A stretch of DNA of 32,000 nucleotides from an uncultured Methanobrevibacter sp. GTDB lineage: Archaea > Methanobacteriota > Methanobacteria > Methanobacteriales > Methanobacteriaceae. The stretch covers positions 28,279 through 60,278 of the forward strand of contig NZ_CAMVEE010000002.1 of the NCBI RefSeq assembly GCF_947166415.1. Reading direction: 5' to 3'. Under the pieces are notes generated by a model, which had not been told where the DNA came from, did not search any database, and saw only the letters and a list, made by a program, of their open reading frames with translations. Shown one piece after another: positions 26,606-32,000 of the stretch. Made by a program: the position numbers and the translations under genes. Position 1 is the first letter of the stretch. The number at the start of each line of letters is the position of its first letter.

Positions 26606-28138
26606 ATGACAAAATGTATAATGGTTCAAGGAACATCATCAAACGCTGGAAAAAGTATGCTTGTAGCGGCCTTATGTAGAATATACAAAAACAGGGGATA
26701 TAATGTGGCCCCATTCAAGTCACAGAACATGTCTCTGAACTCATATACCACAAAGGAAAACGGCGAAATTGGAATAGCTCAAATGTTGCAAGCCGAAGCG
26801 GCGATGATTGAACCTAGCATACATATGAATCCTATTTTACTTAAGCCCAAAGGGGACTTTACCTCAAATGTAATTATCCAGGGAAAATCAATCGGAGATA
26901 TGAACTTCTACGATTACCAGCACAAGTACCATGACACTGCCCTTGCTGCAATCAGGGAAAGCTTTGAGATATTGTCCAGCCAATATGACGTCATCATCAT
27001 AGAGGGAGCCGGTTCTCCAGCTGAAATCAACATGAGAAAGCAGGACATCGCCAATATGGAAATTGCCCACATGGCTGATGCAAATGTCATTCTAATAGCT
27101 GACATTGAGATGGGAGGAGTATTTGCGGCAATAGCCGGAACATACGTTTTGCTTGATGACTATGACAGGTCCCGTCTCAAAGCAACAGTAATCAATAAGT
27201 TCAGAGGAAATTTAGATATTCTAAAGCCCGGCCTTGACAGAATTGAAGAGATAACCGGAGAGCCTGTTTTAGGAGTTCTGCCTTATGATGAAACCTTAAG
27301 ATTGCCCGAAGAAGATTCAGCATCACTGACCACACATGAGTTTGCTCAGGACAAGGACATTACAATCGGCGTAATCAGACTTCCTAAAATCGCAAACTTT
27401 ACTGACATCGATCCTTTCGAATATGAAGACGATGTAGGCTTGATAATGATTGGCGTAAACGATGATATTGGAGATGTTGATGCAATAATCATTCCAGGCA
27501 CACGTAATTCGACAGAAGACATGTTTGCATTACGTGAAAGCGGCCTTGCCGACAAGATAATTGAAAAATCAGATGAAATACCTATCGTCGGAATTTGCGG
27601 AGGACTGCAAATCTTAGGAGACATCATCCATGATGAAGAAAAAAGAGAATCAAAGCAGGGTACAATCAACGGTTTAGGACTGTTGAATGTTGAATCCAGA
27701 TTCAACCGTGCAGGAAAAATCGTTGCACAATCCGTTGCAACAATCCCTGAAGACATTGACGGACTGGCGGGCGAAATCTTTAAGGACATTGCCGGTGAAG
27801 AAGTCACAGGCTATGAAATCCATGAGGGAACAACAGAATTGAAATCCTCATCTGCCCTATTGAATGTCAAAAAAGGACAGGGAAACAATGATGACGGAAT
27901 GCTTGATGGAGCATCTTGCGGAAATGCCTTTGGAACCTATTTCCATGGAATATTCCACAATTACAATTTCAGAAGAGAGTTTTTAAACTACATAAGAGCT
28001 AAAAAAGGTCTTGAAGCCAAATTTGGTGAAGATCCTTACGAAACCCAAAAGGATTACTCCCTGAATAAACTGGCTGAAATTGTTGAGCAGAACCTGGATA
28101 TGGAAATCATTGATAAGCTTCTCTTCAAGCAGGACTGA
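26606..28138 (+). CDS. cobQ: Cobyric acid synthase
   Basis: 510 aa. The N-terminal CobQ/CbiP ATP-binding domain begins MVQGTSSNAGKS. EGAGSPAEIN is present. The C-terminal type-3 glutamine amidotransferase has GICGGLQILG (Cys nucleophile) and GYEIHEG (His). Confidence 0.93.
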   Translation: MTKCIMVQGTSSNAGKSMLVAALCRIYKNRGYNVAPFKSQNMSLNSYTTKENGEIGIAQMLQAEAAMIEPSIHMNPILLKPKGDFTSNVIIQGKSIGDMNFYDYQHKYHDTALAAIRESFEILSSQYDVIIIEGAGSPAEINMRKQDIANMEIAHMADANVILIADIEMGGVFAAIAGTYVLLDDYDRSRLKATVINKFRGNLDILKPGLDRIEEITGEPVLGVLPYDETLRLPEEDSASLTTHEFAQDKDITIGVIRLPKIANFTDIDPFEYEDDVGLIMIGVNDDIGDVDAIIIPGTRNSTEDMFALRESGLADKIIEKSDEIPIVGICGGLQILGDIIHDEEKRESKQGTINGLGLLNVESRFNRAGKIVAQSVATIPEDIDGLAGEIFKDIAGEEVTGYEIHEGTTELKSSSALLNVKKGQGNNDDGMLDGASCGNAFGTYFHGIFHNYNFRREFLNYIRAKKGLEAKFGEDPYETQKDYSLNKLAEIVEQNLDMEIIDKLLFKQD

Positions 28139-28187
28139 TTTTAAAAAAAATAAAATTTATATCAACAATTCAATAAAAATAATTGAT

Positions 28188-29600
28188 ATGTATAGTTTTG
28201 TTTTTTGTGCAATATTATTAGTTGCTTCTTATTTTATTTACGGTAAAACTATTGAAAAAATAGTGGGTGTGGACGAAAACAACACAACACCTGCATTTAG
28301 ACTTGAAGATGGCGTTGATTATATGCCCTTGTCAAAATATAAGAACTTTTTAGTTCATTTCTTGAATATTGCGGGTTTAGGTCCGATATTCGGAGCCATT
28401 CAAGGGGCATTGTTTGGTCCTGCAGCATTTTTATGGATTGTTCTTGGAACCATTTTCATCGGTTCTGTTCATGACTTCTTTTCAGGATTCATGTCATTGA
28501 GAAACGACGGTTTGACAATGCCGAACATCATCTCAAAATATCTGGGAAGCACCGTTCAGAAGTTTATTGCAATAATAATTATCCTAACTGGTGTTTTGGT
28601 TGCATCTACCTTTGCAACAGGTGCAGCAGACTTGATAGCCAATTTGACAAACACTCCAGTATTGCCTTGGATTACAATAATATTCATTTACTTCCTAATA
28701 GCTACAATCTTTCCTGTAGATAAAATCATCGGGAAAATCTATCCTATCTTTGGAGCATTGTTCCTGATTATGGCAGTGCTGATGATAGGAGCGCTAATCT
28801 TAAATCCAGCATATACCATTCCGGAATTCACAACACAAGGACTATACTTGACAGACAAATCAATATTCCCATATCTGTTTGTAACAATTGCATGCGGAGC
28901 AATTTCAGGTTTTCATGCATCCCAATCCCCTATCGTAGCAAGATGTATGAAAAATGAAAAGGATGCAAGACCGGTATTTTTCGGTGCGATGGTTTTAGAG
29001 GGACTTGTTGCATTGATTTGGGCAGCCATTGCAATGGCCTTTTTCCACGGTCAACCACAGCTTGCAGTAATATACGGTGCAACACCGTCAATTGCAGTTA
29101 ATGAAATGGCAGTGACCCTGCTAGGGCCAATCGGTTTGATCTTTGCAATAATAGGAGTTGTAATCTGTCCGATAACAACTGGAGATACCTCTCTTAGAAG
29201 CTCTAGAATTACAATTTCCGATGAATTGCAGCTCAACCAGGAAAAACTGTCTTCAAGATTGAAATTAGCTATTCCATTGTTTATAATTTCTTTTGCATTG
29301 ACATTCCTGGATTTCAGTTTAATCTGGAGATATTTCGCATGGGCTCAGTTAATAACAGCAACCGCTGTTCTGTTCACTGCAACTGCCTATTTAATCCAAA
29401 AGAACAAGCCATATATATTGACATTGATTCCTGCCATGGCATGTACCATTATTGCAATCGGATACATTTTACAAGCTCCGGAAGGTTTAAGATTCCCTTC
29501 AATGATTGCAAACGTGATTGCGATTATTGCGACAGCGACTATAACAATAATATTTTTAAAAAAATACAAAATGGAATCTGAAGTTGGTGAAGAATCATGA
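28188..29600 (+). CDS. cstA: Carbon starvation protein CstA family transporter (short form)
   Basis: The track start at 28080 is a TTG inside cobQ. ATG 28188 gives MYSFVFCAILLVASYFIYGK, a typical CstA N-terminus. The conserved blocks FLNIAGLGPIFGAIQGALFGP and ACGAISGFHASQSP are present. The protein has about 14 TM segments and is 470 aa. Confidence 0.85.
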   Translation: MYSFVFCAILLVASYFIYGKTIEKIVGVDENNTTPAFRLEDGVDYMPLSKYKNFLVHFLNIAGLGPIFGAIQGALFGPAAFLWIVLGTIFIGSVHDFFSGFMSLRNDGLTMPNIISKYLGSTVQKFIAIIIILTGVLVASTFATGAADLIANLTNTPVLPWITIIFIYFLIATIFPVDKIIGKIYPIFGALFLIMAVLMIGALILNPAYTIPEFTTQGLYLTDKSIFPYLFVTIACGAISGFHASQSPIVARCMKNEKDARPVFFGAMVLEGLVALIWAAIAMAFFHGQPQLAVIYGATPSIAVNEMAVTLLGPIGLIFAIIGVVICPITTGDTSLRSSRITISDELQLNQEKLSSRLKLAIPLFIISFALTFLDFSLIWRYFAWAQLITATAVLFTATAYLIQKNKPYILTLIPAMACTIIAIGYILQAPEGLRFPSMIANVIAIIATATITIIFLKKYKMESEVGEES

Positions 29601-30535
29601 AACGAATATTTAAGCTCATTGAAAAATATTTTTTCATAATCATATTGCTTGCAGTTGCCATTTCTCTAGTTTACCCTAATTCATTCAAATGGGTTTTAAG
29701 CGAATACAATGGAATAAATGTTCTGAATTTGCTTTTAAGCCTCGTTCTTTTTACAATGGGAACCACTTTGAAAGTGGATGACTTCCTTAGAGTATTTAAA
29801 CATCCTAAAGAAATTTCAGTCGGACTGATAGCACAGTATATGGTAATGCCCGTATTGGCATTTTCTCTTGCAGAAATGTTTTCACTGGATGCGGGCTTGA
29901 CAGTAGGGCTTATTCTGGTCGGAACCGTTCCTGGAGGAACCGCATCTGATGTAATCACTTTTCTTGCAAATGGAGATGTGGCATTATCCGTTTCGTTAAC
30001 TGCATTTTCCACAGTGATTTCACCGATTTTAACTCCTATAATTACATTGTTTTTAATCGGAAATCAGATTCATTTCAATCCGGTCGACATGTTCGTTTCC
30101 ATAGTAGAAATCGTAATCATTCCAATTGTTTTAGGCCTGATTCTTAACTACAAATTCCCTGATTTCTGTGAGAAATTAAAAGATTATCTTCCAGCCATAT
30201 CTTCAATCGTGATTTGTTTAATCGTTGCAGGCGTAATCGGTGCCAATAAACAGGCCATCTTAACATCTTCAGCAATAATCCTCATCGTTATTGTTCTTCA
30301 GTATTTCCTTGCAATGCTGGTTGGATTTGGTGTAGGTTACTTAGCGGGCATGAATAAAAAGCAAATCGTTACAGTAGCCATTGAACTTGCTTTCCAAAAT
30401 TCCGGCCTTTCCACAAGCCTTGCAAAAACACATTTCCCAAGTTTGACACAGGCAACCGTTCCAGGAGCGCTTTACTCCGTTTGGCAGAACTTTGCAGGAT
30501 CAATACTTGCATATGTATTTAGAAGATATGTCTAA
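29597..30535 (+). CDS. Bile acid:sodium symporter (BASS/SBF) family transporter
   Basis: 312 aa. Contains VGLILVGTVPGGTASDVITFLANGDVALSVSLTAFSTVISPILTPI and the second-half motif ELAFQNSGLS. Its ATG overlaps the cstA stop (ATGA), with a GGTGA SD 6 nt upstream. Confidence 0.85.
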   Translation: MKRIFKLIEKYFFIIILLAVAISLVYPNSFKWVLSEYNGINVLNLLLSLVLFTMGTTLKVDDFLRVFKHPKEISVGLIAQYMVMPVLAFSLAEMFSLDAGLTVGLILVGTVPGGTASDVITFLANGDVALSVSLTAFSTVISPILTPIITLFLIGNQIHFNPVDMFVSIVEIVIIPIVLGLILNYKFPDFCEKLKDYLPAISSIVICLIVAGVIGANKQAILTSSAIILIVIVLQYFLAMLVGFGVGYLAGMNKKQIVTVAIELAFQNSGLSTSLAKTHFPSLTQATVPGALYSVWQNFAGSILAYVFRRYV

Positions 30536-30540
30536 TTAAT

Positions 30541-30578
30541 CATCAAAAAATAGATAGGTGGAGGATTATATTCCTCCA
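30541..30578 (-). terminator. Hairpin plus T6 terminator between convergent genes
   Basis: A 7-bp stem TGGAGGA/TCCTCCA (30559-30565 and 30572-30578, 6-nt loop) includes the last codons and stop of the minus-strand gene. On the minus strand it is followed by CTATTTTTTG. Confidence 0.4.
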
Positions 30579-31057
30579 GGGATGGTATATTTATCGTTTA
30601 CCCCATAAAATATTCCATTGCCTTTTGATTTTTTACTTACATTCAACAATGCATTGTTGAATATAATATTTAACAGTTTATATCCGTCCTTATCAATGAA
30701 ATCTGTTAATTGAGTTTTGTTTTCCCTTATTTTCAATGCATCCTTCTCAATGTCAAAGCATGCTGCATATATCACCTGCTGTGAATTTTCCAAAACAGAT
30801 TCCGGAGGATATTTTTCAGTTAAATCCTTTGATTTCAGGTAATCCTGGAAGTTTTTCCATTGTTTTTTTATTTCCTTTCCTTTGCTTGTCAGTTTGGCAT
30901 CCTTCAGGACATCTTCATAGTTTTTACCGTCAAACCCATTTTCTTTTTCAATAGCTTTGGTGAATTCTCTGAAATCCCTTTCAAACTTGTCGGCAACAGA
31001 AGAATTGCCGCTTTGTTTTGCCATTGCTTTAAGGTTGAATTTTTTATTTTTATTCAT
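30566..31057 (-). CDS. Hypothetical lysine-rich 163-aa protein
   Basis: The track start at 31069 is TTG, and the first ATG is at 31057 (MNKNKKF...). There is no signal peptide and I recognise no motif. No SD lies at a functional distance. Confidence 0.45.
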   Translation of the reverse strand: MNKNKKFNLKAMAKQSGNSSVADKFERDFREFTKAIEKENGFDGKNYEDVLKDAKLTSKGKEIKKQWKNFQDYLKSKDLTEKYPPESVLENSQQVIYAACFDIEKDALKIRENKTQLTDFIDKDGYKLLNIIFNNALLNVSKKSKGNGIFYGVNDKYTIPGGI

Positions 31058-31448
31058 GTTCTTAAGCAAGTTGATAGCTAATGTTTCGGAAGTTTTTAAC
31101 TCACCCTTGTTTGCTCTTCATTTCCTCTGTTTATACTTTTAAATTTAAAGTAAGTTCTTGACATGATTGTAATTTTTATTGTTAGAACTATTTAATGTTA
31201 TAACTATTTGTTTTAGTTTATCTATTGATTAGACAATATTTTTTCCAATATCGGAAAGATAATAATTAATTATTTGTTTAATATGAATAATACAAACATT
31301 GCGATGTAGTTATATAAAATTATCATTATTCGGCTTTAAAAATATCATGAAAAAAACACTATTTATAAACTAGAATTTCTGATATATTTTTTTTGATATC
31401 ACTAATTATACATAAAATTTAATTATTGTGATTAAAAAATTGTAATTC

Positions 31449-32000
31449 ATGAACATTAAAGCGCCAATAATTATGGAGTTAATTTTCATCGTGATTTCTA
31501 TTCTAGTATATATTACAACTTCCAACACCTTTTTCATATTCAATTTCCTCTATATCGGAACTGCAATAGCTGTTGGACTGTTCATGATGGGTAAAAATAA
31601 CAGATACGCAAGAAACCTGATTATGCTTGCAGTTGGATGTTACCTGTTTGTTTATGTTGGCATTTTAGGTCATGAAAACTTGTCTCTGTCCGGATTTTGG
31701 TATTATTTAAGTTTAGGTGTTTTTGAAGGTGCTGTTATTCATTTTCTAATTGCAAAAATCCTTGGGCCATTACTGTTTGGCCGTGGATGGTGCGGATATG
31801 CCTGCTGGACAGCAATGATATTGGATTTGCTACCTTATACAACCCCTCAAAATGAAAGGAAAAACTGGGGCTATGTCAGATACATATTATTTGTAGCAAT
31901 ATCATGCGGTGTATGTTCACTATTCATTTTTAAAGTTGATAATCTTGATTCAATAATATTCTTCCTGTTTATTTTAGGAAATATTATTTACTATATTCTT
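31449..32000 (+). CDS. Polytopic membrane protein of the 4Fe-4S-binding (NapH/YccM-like) type, N-terminal 184 codons (continues past the right edge; absent from the ORF track)
   Basis: The frame is open from ATG 31449 to the window end. It encodes several TM helices and the motif FGRGWCGYACWTA, which is typical of this membrane-protein family. Confidence 0.6.
   Translation, partial: MNIKAPIIMELIFIVISILVYITTSNTFFIFNFLYIGTAIAVGLFMMGKNNRYARNLIMLAVGCYLFVYVGILGHENLSLSGFWYYLSLGVFEGAVIHFLIAKILGPLLFGRGWCGYACWTAMILDLLPYTTPQNERKNWGYVRYILFVAISCGVCSLFIFKVDNLDSIIFFLFILGNIIYYIL

Noticed and set aside
27346-27807. 153-aa ORF antisense to cobQ
   Set aside because: It lies entirely within, and opposite to, a gene with unmistakable CobQ motifs. 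Its translation is S/P/I-rich low complexity, typical of a shadow ORF, and it has no SD or promoter.
26606-28138. Idea that this CobQ-like gene is the missing GatD partner of the nearby MurT-like ligase
   Set aside because: It is full length (510 aa), with the N-terminal ATP-binding CobQ/CbiP domain as well as the GATase domain. It is transcribed from a different strand and promoter and is separated from the ligase by lonB. GatD proteins are roughly half this size. Proximity is most likely coincidental.
31100-31109. Strong SD-like AAGGGTGAG upstream of the 163-aa minus-strand gene, suggesting a longer ORF
   Set aside because: An in-frame TGA at 31120..31118 closes the frame. The first possible start after the box is the TTG at 31069, about 30 nt away, which is too far for this box to serve as its RBS.
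1-32000. Scan for tRNA, rRNA, CRISPR arrays, transposases, integrases and prophage genes
   Set aside because: No GC-rich structured intergenic segments, no regularly spaced direct repeats and no recombinase-like ORFs were seen. All intergenic regions are short or A/T-rich promoter/terminator DNA.

Overview
AT-rich archaeal chromosome segment. Gene content points to a pseudomurein-containing methanogen of the Methanobacteriales, most likely Methanobrevibacter: an adhesin-like Ig-repeat surface protein, AqpM-type aquaporin, membrane LonB, a MurT-like Zn-ribbon Mur ligase, bacterial-type UvrA/UvrB, and GGTGAT-type Shine-Dalgarno boxes. I call 27 protein-coding genes. Two run off the window edges and are missing from the supplied ORF track. 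Several track starts are TTG/GTG extensions that I trimmed to ATG starts with a ribosome-binding site. I found no tRNA, rRNA, CRISPR array, transposase, integrase or other mobile element. The window looks mostly like core genome (uvrA, uvrB, prs, lonB, cobQ, aqpM) and not an accessory island. The parts worth a second look are tightly translationally coupled gene sets that include uncharacterised families: (1) a Zn-ribbon Ski2-like helicase, a DUF853/HerA-like ATPase and a winged-helix protein, with its 3' end abutting a convergent DUF123 GIY-YIG nuclease gene; (2) a 499-aa Cys-bearing unknown protein coupled to AqpM; (3) an IscU/NifU-like scaffold coupled to a GGGtGRT protein; (4) a MurT-like ligase with a non-canonical C-terminal domain and no adjacent GatD; (5) an ADP-ribosylglycohydrolase overlapping a 160-aa acidic unknown; (6) a CstA-BASS transporter pair. 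All family assignments come from motifs I recognise by eye. No database search was possible, so the names are hypotheses to confirm by HMM or BLAST.
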